A stretch of 64,000 nucleotides of DNA, from assembly GCF_006345805.1 (NCBI RefSeq), contig NC_043003.1:109120001-109184000 (forward strand), read 5' to 3'. The notes below the pieces were generated by a model. It was not told the origin of the DNA, did not search any database, and worked only from the letters and a program-made list of their open reading frames with translations. The DNA comes from Octopus sinensis (taxonomy: Eukaryota). Shown in pieces: positions 11,800 to 25,329 of this stretch; the first letter of the stretch is position 1; each line of letters starts with the position of its first letter. Both the position numbers and the translations under genes were made by a program.

Positions 11800-12067
11800 A
11801 TAGATAGAATATCAGAAAGAGGGTGAAAGAGAAAAAGAGGGGGTAAAAAGTTGCCCAGAAAGATGACAAAAGAACACAATGGTAACTGGAAAAAACACTA
11901 AAGATGTGGACAAACTTGTCCTTTATCAATCACCAACCAAAAGTCCTTGCAATTTTATGCCATTATGTATATATGTATGTATGCATATGTATATGTATGT
12001 ATATATAGGTTTGGTGATGCAAATAGGATAAAAAGAACTCAAAACATGAGCATATATATATATATAT

Positions 12068-12230
12068 ATATTGTTATATTTCGGAATGGTTATTTTGCCA
12101 GTTTAGCCAATAAAAACACACGCACTATATATTTGGTGTTACTTTGCTTCATTGTTATTTATTTTTTACATTAATCTTAATCTTATTTCGGCTAAACTGG
12201 CAAAATGACCATTCCGAAATATAACAATAT
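12068..12230. mobile_element. Small fold-back element with 41-bp inverted arms
   Basis: 12068-12108 versus 12190-12230, one mismatch. Confidence 0.8.
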
Positions 12231-12283
12231 CTGTTTCAACACACGACTTCACATAAAAAATCTTGCACAACAAATATTTAAAC

Positions 12284-12319
<36 letters not shown>

Positions 12320-13454
12320 GTATGTATACAGTGTATGTTTAAACATCCATCATAGGACTCCTTGCACGGTAGAGAGAACAGTTAAATTCCAAACCAGTAT
12401 TAGGGATAAAATTTCAAAGGGAATGAAAAATAAAAACATCTAACTCCTGGACCAATGGTTTCAGACCTGCACTTAAGTCAAAGAAATGAACAGGGAAAAA
12501 TTTTTTTTAAAAGGGTTCAGTTGCATATCAAAATGATTTCATGGTCAGCACTGTAACATACTCTCCATGTGTTGGTGCAAACATAACCAGAAATGTATAA
12601 ATATACACACTTAAGCATACCATAGAAACACAATGTATTCACAGAGCATATACAAATGTTCACACTTACATATCCATAAAAAAACTTCTATCTTGTTCAT
12701 GCTCTGTGGAGACGTTGTGTTCATATGGTATATATATATTCATATATTTCTGGTTATGCTTGCACTGACGAGTGGAGAGCATGTTACAGAGCTGAACATG
12801 AAATTGTTTCGATATGCAACAGAAATTTTTTTCTTTGTTCATTTCATTGACTTCAGTTCATGTGTGTATTTGATAAAATAGTTTGACTTTAGTGTTCTTT
12901 TTCAGCAAGTGGCTTTTCTTACAGTAATAGCCCTTAATGTAATAATTATATATATATATATATTGCCCTGATCTTTCTTGGCCTAACTGCCGACCGTCAA
13001 CAGCTCTTGTGCTTTCTCTTCATACACGCCAGCTCAGTTTGATTTATTCCCAGTCGAAAGATGCCTGTTGTTATTTCTTGTTGTTTGTATTCATAATTGT
13101 GTACCATGTTCTCCATTTTTTTGTTTGTGTTTTGTTTGTTTTTTGTCTTTGTTGCCATACATATTTGCTAGGTTTCTTACAAAGGGGTTTGATGCTCTTA
13201 GCTTAGACCTTTTTGGGGGCAACTAGATTGAACCATCTCAAGTGTAACTGCCCGAAACGGTCGTGACTTCTGGGACTTGACTGAAGAAAGAAGGCCATGA
13301 ATGACCTGTCATTTTTGCCTGTCCTTCTAATTGTTCATTCTCTTGTGCGCCTTTGAATCGTTTATCTGTCCAAATGTTTTAATGCACTGTATTGCATTTT
13401 GTTCCATTTATATATACATACATACATACATACATATATATATATAAAGGGAAA

Positions 13455-13790
13455 AGACCCCTTTGGCCATGAATGACCATGGGATTGGACCTAGAAAGTG
13501 TACCCTCTGAGGCACAAGTTCAGAGAAGGCTGTTTTTGGAAGACCAGCAGTTGCCCATGCACACCAGCCTACCCTCTCCATGCCACTGGTGTTATCCAAG
13601 GGAAAGGTAAAGGCTAATACTGCTTGACACCAGTGATGTCGCAACTCATTTTTACAGCTGAGTAAACTGGAGCAACGTGAAATGAAGTATCTTGCTCAAG
13701 AAAACAACACACAGCCCAGTCTGGGAATCGAACCCACAACCTCATGATTGTGAGCCTGATGTTCTAACCAATGAACTCTGTGCCTTCACA
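13455..13790 (-). mobile_element. SINE family E, full length
   Basis: Head GTGAAGGCACAGAGTTCATTGGTTAGAAC on minus strand; tail GGTCATTCATGGCCAAAGGGG. Confidence 0.85.
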
Positions 13791-13864
13791 CACATGAACA
13801 CACATACACATACATACACACACACATATATATTTATATATGTTTGTGTGTATATATAAATGAT

Positions 13865-14005
13865 GGATTCACACAGTTTCCATCTACAAAATCTACTCAC
13901 AAAGCTTTGATTTGCTTGGAGGTATGGGGTAGAAACCAATTGCCTAAAACACCATACAATAGGATTGAAACAGTTGCGAAGCAAGCTTCTTTACCACACA
14001 GCCAT
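13865..14005 (-). mobile_element. SINE family B, 5' fragment
   Basis: Similarity to 55357-55500. Confidence 0.65.
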
Positions 14006-14622
14006 ACCCCACATCTAGGGGCAGTACACAACAGCTGCAGCAACATCGTAACTTATGAATTTGAATTTAATCCTAGTTATGTTCATCATAGCTTATAGAT
14101 ATCATTAATAAAATATTTTATTTTAAAGATATTCTCTGAGCAATATTAATGGTTCATTGATAAGGCAAGAATTCAAACCAAAGCACACAACTGTATTTGT
14201 ATAAAAATGCAAATTAACAAACAGTCATTGACAAATAATTGTCAGAAGGCATCAGGTTAATAATGCTGGTTGTCTTGTCGACATTTTGTATTTTGCTTAG
14301 CAACAAGTGACAGAATTTACTTTCTGTATTGCACAAGACATAGAATGAAATACAATAGATATTATGGCATTGTAGAGGAGGAAAAAGAGGAGAAGGACAA
14401 CAGGGATAAAGGGAAAGTAGTAATAGTAGTGGTGGTGGTGGTGGTGGTGCTGTTCTGGTGGGGGTGATTCGTGGTTGAAGAATGGAACAATGTCTTGGTT
14501 TCTTATGGAGTTGGTCATGAAGAGATATGACTGGTCATCTATTGCCAAAGTCTTTATTGATATCTATCTGTCTTTCTGTCTGTCTGTCTGTTTCTCTCTC
14601 TCTCTCTCTCTCTTTGCTATAC

Positions 14623-14694
<72 letters not shown>

Positions 14695-14771
14695 ATATAT
14701 ATATATATATTTGTCTGCACTTATAAACATACATGCACCAGGCGAGGTATATATAATACATACATAAATAT

Positions 14772-14826
<55 letters not shown>

Positions 14827-14949
14827 CGTATTTTTGCCATTTCAATATGGCTAACCCCTAAGGGTGGATGCTACTGTAGTTTTTAGCCCCAGGAGGACAC
14901 ACTCCTCCAGCTGGCCATAGACACACTTTCTGTAGTTTTTATTTGTAGT

Positions 14950-15010
<61 letters not shown>

Positions 15011-15969
15011 ATATATAGTTTTTCACATATTATATAAATATATATGCATACAATGTGTGTGTGTGTGTGTATATATATATATTACACTTCCTGTGACTGC
15101 TTCTGAAAAACAGAATGATGAAATACATAGTTACATAGGTATTAACTATATACATAGATGAAATATATACATAGGTATGAATGTGTATGTATATATAACA
15201 CACACAAACACACACACACACACATATATATACACATACGCATATATATATGTTATATATACATACACATTCATATCCATATATATATATATTTCATCTG
15301 TGTATATGGTAAATACCTGTGTCATTATTTATGTATTTTGTCATTTTGTTTTTCAGAAGCAGTCGCAGGAAGTGTAGGGAATGTTTGGCAATTCATGCTG
15401 TTACCATTTTCAAAACTACTCCTTCCCCTTCCACACTCCACATCATTTCATCTTACCCCACCCTACTCCCATGTCTTTCCTGCACACCTTCCTCCACCCC
15501 CGAACCCTTCCTTGTGCCCTCTCTCATTCGGCTCTGTCCCATTTTTGAGGAATCTTTTCGCACTTATTCCCAGTTATCCCTTTGGTTATCTCATGTTGCA
15601 AACAACACGAAAAAAAAAGAAAAGAAATCAAAAAACAAAATATGAAAATACAGAAATAATTATGTAAAAGAAATAACTGAATAATAGGGAATTAGAAATA
15701 TAATGAGGGAGGGAAGATGAGGGTGGTGAGGAGGAGAAGGAGGAACAAAGGGAGGAACAAGAAGAACAAGAGGAGGAAGTGGAAGGGGAACAAGGGGGGA
15801 GAACAAGAGGAGGAGAAGGAGAAGAAGGAAAAAGAGAAGTAATGGCGGAAAAAGACAGAAGGGAAAGAGGAGAAATAAAAGAAGAGGAAAAAAATTAACA
15901 AAATATTAAAGAAATATAAAAAAAAGGGAGAGAATATGAATATATAAATAAACACACACACACACACAT

Positions 15970-16185
15970 AATTATTATTTGAGGGAATATTATTCCTAAC
16001 TTACAGGGAAAAATTCAATTTAGAAATAAACACCTTTTATCAATTTAAAATGAACAATTAAATTACACCATCTAGAAAATTACATATAATAGAAGTATTA
16101 AAATTTCTATTATACGTAATTTTCTGGATGGTGTAATTTAATTGTTCATTTTAAATTGATAAAAGGTGTTTTTTTCTAATTTTAT
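15970..16185. repeat. AT-rich repeat with 73-bp inverted arms (16021-16093 / 16105-16178); related copy at 4290-4480
   Basis: Direct reverse-complement comparison. Confidence 0.75.
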
Positions 16186-16514
16186 ATATATATATATATA
16201 AAACCCACCAACAATAACAACAACAATAACATTGTTATTATTCAAGCTCAGGGCTTATTCTGATTGACCAAGCAGACCTATGGCTAAAGATATTCCAATC
16301 CTGATCAAAATTTGCCTGGTATTGTCTATCCAGGGCTACATTTTCCAGTATGTTATTCATTTTTTTCCTCTCTTAGAGTGTGATTTATGGTAAATCGCAC
16401 TGGACTTGCTTGCCTTTATGTTTACTAATCATGTGTGTCAGCCCTTGTGGCCAATAAAAAGAATTAATTATTATTATTGTTGTTGTTGTTGTTGTTGTTG
16501 TTGTTATTATTATT

Positions 16515-16790
16515 GTGAGGATGCATTGCCTAGTTGTTAGGGTCTTGCACTCATGATTGTGGGATCATGGTTTCAATTCCCAGAGTGATGAGTGCATTGC
16601 GTTCTGGAGTAAAACGCTTCTCGCATTGCTGTGCAATCACTTTGACACCTGACACGTGGTAGACTTGTGCACCTGTTCAGGTAACGTAGATTTAATGGAG
16701 GGAGCAGGCTAATACACAGCACTTGCATTCGATTCCTATAAACAAATCATTTGTGCAGCTTCTTCAACAACAGCTGAACATCCATGCATC
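16515..16790 (+). mobile_element. Diverged tRNA-headed SINE
   Basis: Degenerate A box TTGCCTAGTTG and B box GGTTTCAATTCC. Confidence 0.45.
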
Positions 16791-16869
16791 ATCTTCGATG
16801 GGAGAGTCCGTCATCATCATCATTTGTCTTCATTGCTGTTGACACCACCACCACCATCTTCATCATTAT

Positions 16870-17430
16870 TTTACATTCTGAGTTTTTACATTCTGAGTTC
16901 AAGTTCCATCAAGGCTGGCTTTGCCTTTCATTCTCTTTTGGGGTCAATACATTAGGTACCAGTCAAGTACTGGGGTTGGAATAAATTTCAGGTTTTGTGT
17001 ATATAGTAGAAATGATTATTATTATTAATAAGGCAGGAAAGGTGGCAAGCTGGCAGAGTCGTTAGCATGCCAGGCAAAATGCTTAGCAGTATTTCTGAGT
17101 TCAAATTCCGCTGAGGTAGACTTTGCCTTTCATCCTTTTGGGGTCGATAAATTAAGAACCAGTTACGTACTGGGGTCGATGTAATCGATTATCCCCCTCC
17201 CTGCATATTTCAGGCCTTGTGCTCGTGGTAGAATTGATTATTACATGCTCGGCAAGATCCTTAGCAGCATTTCGTCTGTCTTTATGCTCTAAGTTCAAGT
17301 TCTACCAAGGTTGACCTTGTCTTTCAACCTTTTGGTCAATGAAGCAAGTACCAGTTGAACATTAGGGTCGAAATGATTGACCTGCTGTCTCTTCCTCAAA
17401 TTTTAGGCCTTGTACCTGCTGAAGAAAGAG
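16870..17430 (+). mobile_element. Cluster of three SINE family A copies or fragments (16870-16990, 17039-17235, 17245-17430)
   Basis: Repeated TTCTGAGTTCAA...TTTGCCTTTCAT...GTACCAGT motifs. Confidence 0.8.
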
Positions 17431-18314
17431 CTATTATTACTCTTTCGATTTTTTAAAGATGAGCTGTGTGTAATGTAAAGATTTAGTTTCTATTTCTAGT
17501 AAGTTAAGTGGCTGCGTAAATGCTCCTTTTGTGCCTCATTAACAGATGTTATAACCAAGAATATGGTACAAGGAAATCAGAAGTGCCAGTCTTTTGGTGA
17601 TGCAACAATGCTAATAATAATCTCACATTCTACAACCAGATGATACATAGAAATAACAAATCTAGTTTCTTAATATTTATTCAAAAAACCTTACTTGTAC
17701 TAACCTTTAAGTATTCCTGAATTTATTAAGATTTACCAAAATGTATGTATGGCAATGGTGGAAGATACAATAGGCAACAGGCATAACTCTGTGTGTGAGT
17801 GATTTGGTGTTACCCTTTGCCTCTATGTGTGTTCCCTGATTATAAACAAAACTTTCACATTGTCCTTTGCTTGCATTCTACTACAAAAGCAGGTCTGAGC
17901 TTCTTGACCTGTCATGGCATGTTGTGGGAGCATTGTGAACAAAAGGCTCATTCATTCAATGTCACTTGTTTCCAGAGGTAGGGGTTGGTGTGAGGAAGAG
18001 CATCTGGCCATAGAAAACTGCTCCAACACACTCTCATCTAATTTATGCAAGCATAGAAAAGCAGGCACAAAAGTTATGACGATGGTAATGATGATTATGA
18101 TGAGGATGGGGATGAAGATGAAAAGCATGATTTATTCCAGGACAATTCAATCCTGAGTATCAAATTTTTGTTTCTCTAAAACTCAGTTATAATTTTTATC
18201 CTCTTTGAATAAATCAATATATTAAATGATGTATCGATTCCCCTAAATATCAAAATGATCACAATTGATTGATAAATATAATACCATCATTTGCATTCCT
18301 TTGTTTACATTAGA

Positions 18315-18518
18315 TATGTATGTATGTATGTGTGTATGTATGTATGTGTGTATGTATGTATGTATGTATGTATGTATGTATGTGTGTATGTATGTATGTA
18401 TGTATGTATGTATGTGTGTGTGTATGTATGTATGTATGTATGTATGTATGTATGTATGTATGTGTGTGTGTATGTATGTATGTATGTATGTGTGTGTGTG
18501 TATGTATGTATGTATGTA

Positions 18519-18551
<33 letters not shown>

Positions 18552-18665
18552 GTGTATGTATGCATGTATGTATGTATGTATGTGTGTGTGTATGTGCATG
18601 TGTGTATGTATGTATGTATGTGTGTGTGTATGCATGTATGTGTGTGTGTGTGTATGTATGTATGC
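18315..18665. repeat. (TATG)n/(TG)n microsatellite
   Basis: Directly visible. Confidence 0.95.
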
Positions 18666-19149
18666 ATATACTGTGGTTTTTAACACTATACAAATTTAAA
18701 TGGATTTCTTTTGGATGAAAAACTGCAGCTTCTGACATTTAAACAACATACATTAAGTATATGATATTGATAATGTTTACATTGTAGAGTTGCTTCTATT
18801 GTATAATCTGACTTGTGTTTCATAACTCACTGTGTTCCTCTTTTCCTCCCCTCTCCCTCCCCTTGCACTTTTGTAAACTCCCTGGTCATGCACCCTGGGA
18901 AATCCTCTACAATTCCATTTATATTTACATTCTTGAACCTTGAGAGTATACTTTGGCATATCACTACCATCTCTCTCACTCTCTCTTCCTCCCACTTTCT
19001 CTCACTTTAACTCTCTCTCTCTCTTTCTTTGATTAGGATAACCATGCACCTCCTCTACAACAAGACACCTGTTTCTGTCCCTCTGTTATACTCTTGTCTC
19101 TTATCAGCCGGACCAAAGCCACATCTCTCAATGCCACTCCTTCTCTCAT

Positions 19150-19380
19150 TTGAATGATCTTTGTCATGCAAGTTATCTGGTGACCTCACTAGTGCTGGTG
19201 CTATGTAAAAAAAGTGTCCAGTACACTCTGTAAAGTGGTTGGCATAGGAAGGACATCAGCCGTAAAATCCATGCCAAAGGAAAACAGTGGAGCTTGATGA
19301 AGTCCAACCCATGCCAGCATAGAAGTCAGACGTTAAATGATGATGATGATGGTGATGATGATGATGATGATAATGATAAT
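19150..19380 (+). mobile_element. Repeat ending in a family C-type tail
   Basis: GTGGTTGGCATAGGAAGGACATCAGC...CCAACCCATGCCAGCAT...(GAT)n. Confidence 0.7.
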
Positions 19381-21364
19381 GCAGCTGATATATATATCTA
19401 CAGAAATACCTCATTTAATGATCAATCTAACTATAACTCACTTTGATAAGTTTTTAAAAATTATAAATATAACTTAATTGTGTGAAATAAAGGCAGAACA
19501 TTCATTATGATTGATTTAAAAGCTTAATTGCAATAATACACCTTAGTGATGTGTGTGTGTGTGTGTGTGTGAGTTTTACTTCCCTCACTCAGTAATTCTG
19601 TTAGTTTGCATGTTAACATTGTGTACACATACTGTATGTGTAGTCTTTCCAATACGCTTTCATCTTGAAATCTTTTGAATTAATTCACCTTTTCAGTCAG
19701 GGCAGCTAATCTAGTCAATTCCCAGCTAGATTTATCATATTTTAACACAACATAACTAATGAAAATGGTCGCTTTGTGTATAGCTATAAACATAGTTAAT
19801 TTTTAAAATAATGTATAGAACCATAGCTAGTTTCCTCATTAGTGGTTTTGTAATTATAATTAGCAAGCCTAATCACGCTCTATGTCAAAATTATTGGCAA
19901 AATTAAGGCCTAATCATATTTAGCAATTTTGGAATAGCCAAAACAGTTGTTACTGTCAAAATGACATGGAGACTTGCTAGCTATTTCAACCAGTCTCCAT
20001 AACTCTGCATATTAGCCTTATAGGGGCATAATTCATATTCTTCCTCTTGACTAAAATGAAACTAAACCAACTTTTTGTTTATTATGTTATGAAGTGGAAT
20101 TTAGATGTTTAATTATAAGCGAAACTAATTAAGTTTTGGCAGGTTATTTTTTCTTGAAATAACATTATTTTCTTTTAATTAGAATCTAATACTTTAATTT
20201 ACTGCTGTAGTAATTAACAAGCTCAGGTGTAGCTGAGTGATATGAAGTTTGCTGCTCAAACAAGTGGTTCGGTGTTCAATTTTACTGTGTGGCACCATGG
20301 GAAAGTGTCTTTGGCCACAGTCTTGGGATGGCCAAAGCCATGGGAGTAATGTAAGGTAAGTAAGTTGAATTATCTTTTTGAGTTATTCCAACTCATAAGG
20401 GCCGGTTTCCTGGCTTCCATGGCATATGAATTCCCTACCATTTTGGGCAACTGAGTGGACTAGAGCAACACGAAATGAAGTGTTTTGCTCATGATTACAC
20501 AACACATCACCTGGTCCAGGAATTGAGACCACAATCTTACGATCATGAGTCCAACACCCTAACCACTAAGCCATGCACCTCCATTAGGCCATGTGCATGG
20601 ATTTGGTAGATAAAAACAGAAAGAAGCTCATCGTGCGTGTGTATGTGTGTGTGTGTGTGAGAGAGAGAGAAAGAGAAAGAAAGAGACTGTTATTGCATGA
20701 TAGTTGTAAACGAGTGTCACCATTATGCAAGCGGTGTCCTTCATTTCCAGTTTTCTGTTCATTTAATGGTAAAAGGAAGAGATTTCTCCATGTCTTTTCA
20801 TGGAGAAATATTACCTTACTTGGAAATAGGTGAGAGTCTGTAACAGAAAGGGCATCAACGTGTAGAAAATCAAAAATTTTGTCTGACCAACGTGACTATG
20901 GAAAAGTGGATGTAAAAATGATGATGGTGATTATTATAATGATTAGTAAAGGACATGCTTTTCTCATAGTCATATCTTTTTTTTTTATGCTAACTCTTGC
21001 TATAAACCTCAGAATACCTAACTAACTGAATTTTAATTTGGCAACTCTGCTTCCAGTATGTCCAAACTGTAGACTGAATGAATAGTACAACTGTGAAAAC
21101 TGTTGATTTTACAGAAAAATGGAAAATAATGGCTTTATGAACAAAATAGGGTTATAAATGATCACAAAACTGGAGAATCTTAAAATTTAGCTTTTAAAAT
21201 TTCTGTGGAGGTCAGTGAATTTCAAAGGATCTACAATCTGAAATGATCAAGAATTGTGTACATTTCCAGTTTATGGGAGGTAATGAATACAACACCTGGC
21301 CAATCTTATTCCTTTGTATGGAAAAGCCTTTGTTAGCATCAATAACTGATCAAACACAATGATT

Positions 21365-21580
21365 TGCCCCTTTAAACTGGCCATATCTGGTTCAAACAGT
21401 CTACTTATTTTATGTTCAGACCACTCATATCTAGCCTTTCTCATCTCCCCCTACAATGCAGCTCTAAAAGATAGACAATCACATTATCGAAGACTTGATG
21501 CTACAAGGTATGATATATGTGATACAATGTGAATAAATAAGTATTACATTCGACAGAGTAATATGAATGCCAAAGGGTTA
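21365..21580 (+). mobile_element. piggyBac-like MITE (family G)
   Basis: Ends GCCAAAGGGTTAA; homologous to 3440-3670. Confidence 0.7.
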
Positions 21581-21884
21581 AGAACGTCTGTTATGCATGT
21601 TTATTTGTATTGGAGTCAGGTATTTTCAAAGAGCGGAAAGAAAGTGGCTGCTGAGAAACATTCAGAACAAGCAATGGTTGCATTTCTAGATTTACTAGGT
21701 TGCATTATGAGCAAGTGTCTTCTGCTCATAGTCCTTGGATAGCCAAAGCCTTGTGAGTGGATCTGGTGGACAAGAACTGGAAGAAGCCATTGTGTGTGTG
21801 TGTGTGTGTGTGTGTAAGGGAGTGTCTTGTTGCCTTGGCATCACACACTTATCATAAATGAGTGTCAGCATCCTGCAGGCAGTA

Positions 21885-22165
21885 AACCCCTTTGGTCATG
21901 AATGACCGTGGGTTGCACCTGGAAAATTACCCTCCAAGGCATAAATCTGGGCAAGGTTGTTTATGGGACCAGCAGTTGCCCATGCATACCAGCCTCCCCT
22001 CTCTCTCCATGTCACTAAAGGAGAGGCAAAGGCTGACCCTACTTGCCATCAGTGATGTTGCAACTCATTTCTACAGCTGAGTGAAGTGGAGCAACGTGAA
22101 ATAAAGTGTCTTGCTCAAGAACACAACACACAGCCCGGCCCGGGATTCGAACTCACTCCCTCATG
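21885..22165 (-). mobile_element. SINE family E
   Basis: Homologous to 13455-13790. Confidence 0.85.
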
Positions 22166-22194
22166 ACCGAAGTGGGTCTTTACGCTTTATAATG

Positions 22195-22382
22195 TTTATT
22201 TATTCACATTGCTTCGAATTAATCCTAGCTTATCTCATAGCTTTGAGATTTTGTTGATGTGATTGTTTATTTTTAGAATGACATTGTAGGAAAGGTGTGA
22301 GAGGTTGGATTTGGCCAGTTCATACATAAAGCAAGTAGAATATTTAGACTTGATATTTGCTAGTTTAAATACTTAAGGGTTA
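22195..22382 (-). mobile_element. piggyBac-like MITE (family G), partial
   Basis: Reverse complement of the family G body. Confidence 0.65.
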
Positions 22383-22434
22383 CAAACTTAGTTGAAATAA
22401 TGCAAGAATATACTTATACTCCTTCTAAAGCTTT

Positions 22435-22788
22435 ATGGAGATGTACTTGCATAGCAAGTGCCTTGATCTGAGATCGTGTGCTGGAATGAAAACAATTGCA
22501 GCGTGGAAGGTGTTTATAAGCCATTTAAGAAACACACAAAAACCGTTAGATTCACTTCAACATTTAAATTTAATTTTTCAAAATATTTCCGTCGCTTTGA
22601 GACCGCGACCTGTTCAGACAAAGTTTTCATGACCAAAGGGGGTTTTTGACAAAATTTTGTTGGTGATCAGGTCGTGATCTCAAAGCGACGAAAATATTTG
22701 GACAAATTAAATTTAAATGTTGAAGTGAATTTAACGGTTTTTGTGTGTTTCTTAAATGGCTTATAAACACCTTCCACGCTGCAATTGT
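22435..22788. mobile_element. Fold-back element with ~120-bp inverted arms (22492-22612 / 22668-22788)
   Basis: Direct reverse-complement match with a few mismatches. Confidence 0.85.
22653..22708 (+). ncRNA. Candidate minimal hammerhead with covariant G3-C8 core
   Basis: GTGATCA 22663-22669, extra G, stem II GTCGT/GCGAC, GAAA 22690-22693, palindromic AATATT stem III, stem I TTTGT/ACAAA with mismatches next to the core. Confidence 0.4.
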
Positions 22789-22867
22789 CTTCTGAAGTTT
22801 AATGTATATAAAACAAGCCTATTTTAAAAGGACATGGAAAGTAGAAGCCATACTGGTTTAGAATTAT

Positions 22868-23030
22868 GGCACAAGGCCAGCAATTTTAGGAAAGGGGTAA
22901 GTTGATTGGTTTAATCCCAGCATTCAACTGGTGCTTATTTTATGGAAGCTGAGAAGATGAAAGCAAAGTCGATGTCGGTGGAGTTTGAACTCAGAACGCA
23001 AAGAGTCAGAAGAAAAACTGCAAAACAAGT
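22868..23030 (-). mobile_element. SINE family A, diverged
   Basis: AAAGTCGATGTCGGTGGAGTTTGAACTCAGAACG motif. Confidence 0.7.
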
Positions 23031-23099
23031 TTTGCAACATTCTGATGAGTCCATTAATTCATCAGCCTGAGTTGACTAATGAGTAATAACAAGAGCAAC

Positions 23100-23400
23100 A
23101 GCAGTAGTAAGAAAGAAGAAGGAGGAGGAAGAGGAGGAAGAAGAGAAGAGAGAGAAGATGAAGGAGGAAGAAGAAGAGGTAGGGAGGGAGGGGGAAGGAG
23201 GAAGGAGGAGGGTAGGAAATGAAGGCGGAAGAAGAAAAGAGAGAGAAGATGAAGGAGAAGGAAGAAGAAGAGGTAGGGAGGGAGGAGGTAGAGGAGTAGA
23301 GGAGGTAGAGGAGGTGGAGGAGGAGGAGGAGGAGGAGGAGGAGGAGGAGGAGGAGGAGGAGGAGGAAGAAGAAGGAGAAGGAAGAAGAAGAAATAGAATA
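23100..23400. repeat. (GAA)n/(GGA)n purine tract
   Basis: Directly visible. Confidence 0.95.
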
Positions 23401-23574
23401 GAACCCTTGCATAAATCTTTTGTTAGTGAATCAACCACCCAAAATATTCTGTCGTTGCAATGGGTGGAATATGAATAATATTAATGACCATATTGCATGC
23501 AGGTAGGGCTCAGGTGCCCCACAAACTTGTCAGAAGAGAGTTAAAAAAGGGGTCAGAAAGCAGACATATCATTT

Positions 23575-23955
23575 GTTATGTTGTACTGGTTCCAGTCATT
23601 AGACTGCGACCATACTGGGGCATTCTCTTGAAGAACTTTTCATCAAAGGAAACAATCCTGGTACTTTTTTTTAAAGCCTGGTACTTACTTTTTTGGTCTC
23701 TTTGATGAACTGCTAAGTGATGGGGATGTAAACACACCAACACTGGTTGCCAAGCAGTGATGGGGGACAAACACAAATACAAAGACACACACACATGTAT
23801 ACAATGGGCTTCTTTCAGTTTCCATCTACCAAATCCACTCACATGCTTAGGTGGGCCTGAGGCTAGAGTAGAAGATGCTTGCTCAAGACACTACATAGAA
23901 GGACTGAACCCAGAATCATAGGGTTGGGACGCAAACTTCTTACCACACAGCCACA
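23575..23955 (-). mobile_element. SINE family B
   Basis: Homologous to 7537-8018. Confidence 0.85.
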
Positions 23956-24014
23956 AAAAACTGTGACTAACGTAGTGACAATTAATCTTAAAGTTAAACG
24001 CAGGGTTTTAAATA

Positions 24015-24244
24015 GTTTAACTCTTTCATTACTGTATTTATTTTGAGATGCTCTGTGTTTCTTTGAATTACTTTAAATATAATAAAGAATTTAGTAAAAT
24101 AATTTAGTTATTATTCAGCTAGGATTAGGAACATAAGTTGTGACTAAGGTTTGGTGGAAGACTTTAATTCAAAACTTATGGAAACAAAACATTTGTACTC
24201 AGAGGGAGAGCCGGTTTTAGCTGGGTTGGTAACGAAAGGGTTAA
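24015..24244. mobile_element. piggyBac-like MITE (second family)
   Basis: TTAACTCTTTC ... GAAAGGGTTAA termini with TTAA flanks. Confidence 0.6.
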
Positions 24245-24630
24245 AAATAGGGATAGAGCCAACTTCATTAAAAGATCATTAATGAGTTACCTTCATGAAA
24301 GACTCATAATCTATTGTCTACTTCTGGAATTCTCAAGCATTTGAAAGAAATTAGAGCTACTTATAAAAAAAATTGTAAACAAGACTGTTTGTGGAACACT
24401 TCCTTTCCATAATGGTACAAGGGTGACAGCCAGGCAAAAATAGCTACAGTACCAATACCGCACAGAATATGAATAACGATCTATGTGGAGTGAGTCATAC
24501 GCATATGTTTAAATATCTGTTTATTAAACATATGGACGTGACTTCATATACATTTTTATTTATAACCCAAAACTGTATTGGTACAGTAGCTATGTTAAAT
24601 ATAGAAACAGACACACTCACTCATACACAT

Positions 24631-24661
<31 letters not shown>

Positions 24662-24716
24662 GCATATATATGTGTATGCACATATGTATATATATATATT
24701 ATATATATATATATAT

Positions 24717-24747
<31 letters not shown>

Positions 24748-24819
24748 ATGTGTATGCGTGTGTGTGTGAATATATATATGTGTGTGTGTGTGTATGTATG
24801 TATGTATATATATGTATAT

Positions 24820-24852
<33 letters not shown>

Positions 24853-25329
24853 GCATACATATACATATATATACATATATTTATATATATATATACATAT
24901 ATATACGCACACGCACACACACACACACACATATATGTATATGTATATGTAGAATGGGTAAGAATATGTCTAAAGGCCTATATTAAATGCAGACAGATTT
25001 ATGCTCAGACTAGATAAAGTAGCTAAAATCCAAAGATGGGAGATGGAATCCAGGTAAACAAGAGTTGGCTATAGGCAGTGCAACAGTGAAGCTAATGAAA
25101 GAATAATAAAATATTAATAAAAGCGTATTTAAATATAGAAATAAGCGCTTTCCCACATACACCTCACATATCCAAGGCGTAGCTGTGTGGTAAGAAGATT
25201 TCTTCCGAACCACATGGTTCTAGGCTCAGTCCCACTGTGTGGTACCTTGAGTAAGTGTCTTCTACTACAGCCTTGGACCAATCAAATCCTTGTGAGTATC
25301 AGAGTGGACTGTCAGAACTGTGGTATGTG

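Noticed and set aside
13190-13275. GGGCA...TGCCC-GAAACGGTC looks like a hammerhead 3' half
   Set aside because: No CTGANGA core or stem I partner in this copy; may be a decayed pseudo-LTR but cannot be supported.
23040-23070. CTGATGAGTCC resembles a canonical hammerhead start
   Set aside because: No GGAC-GAAA follows; it simply pairs with TCATCAG nearby.
23062-23478. Poly-E, poly-S and poly-L ORFs
   Set aside because: GAA/GGA microsatellite.
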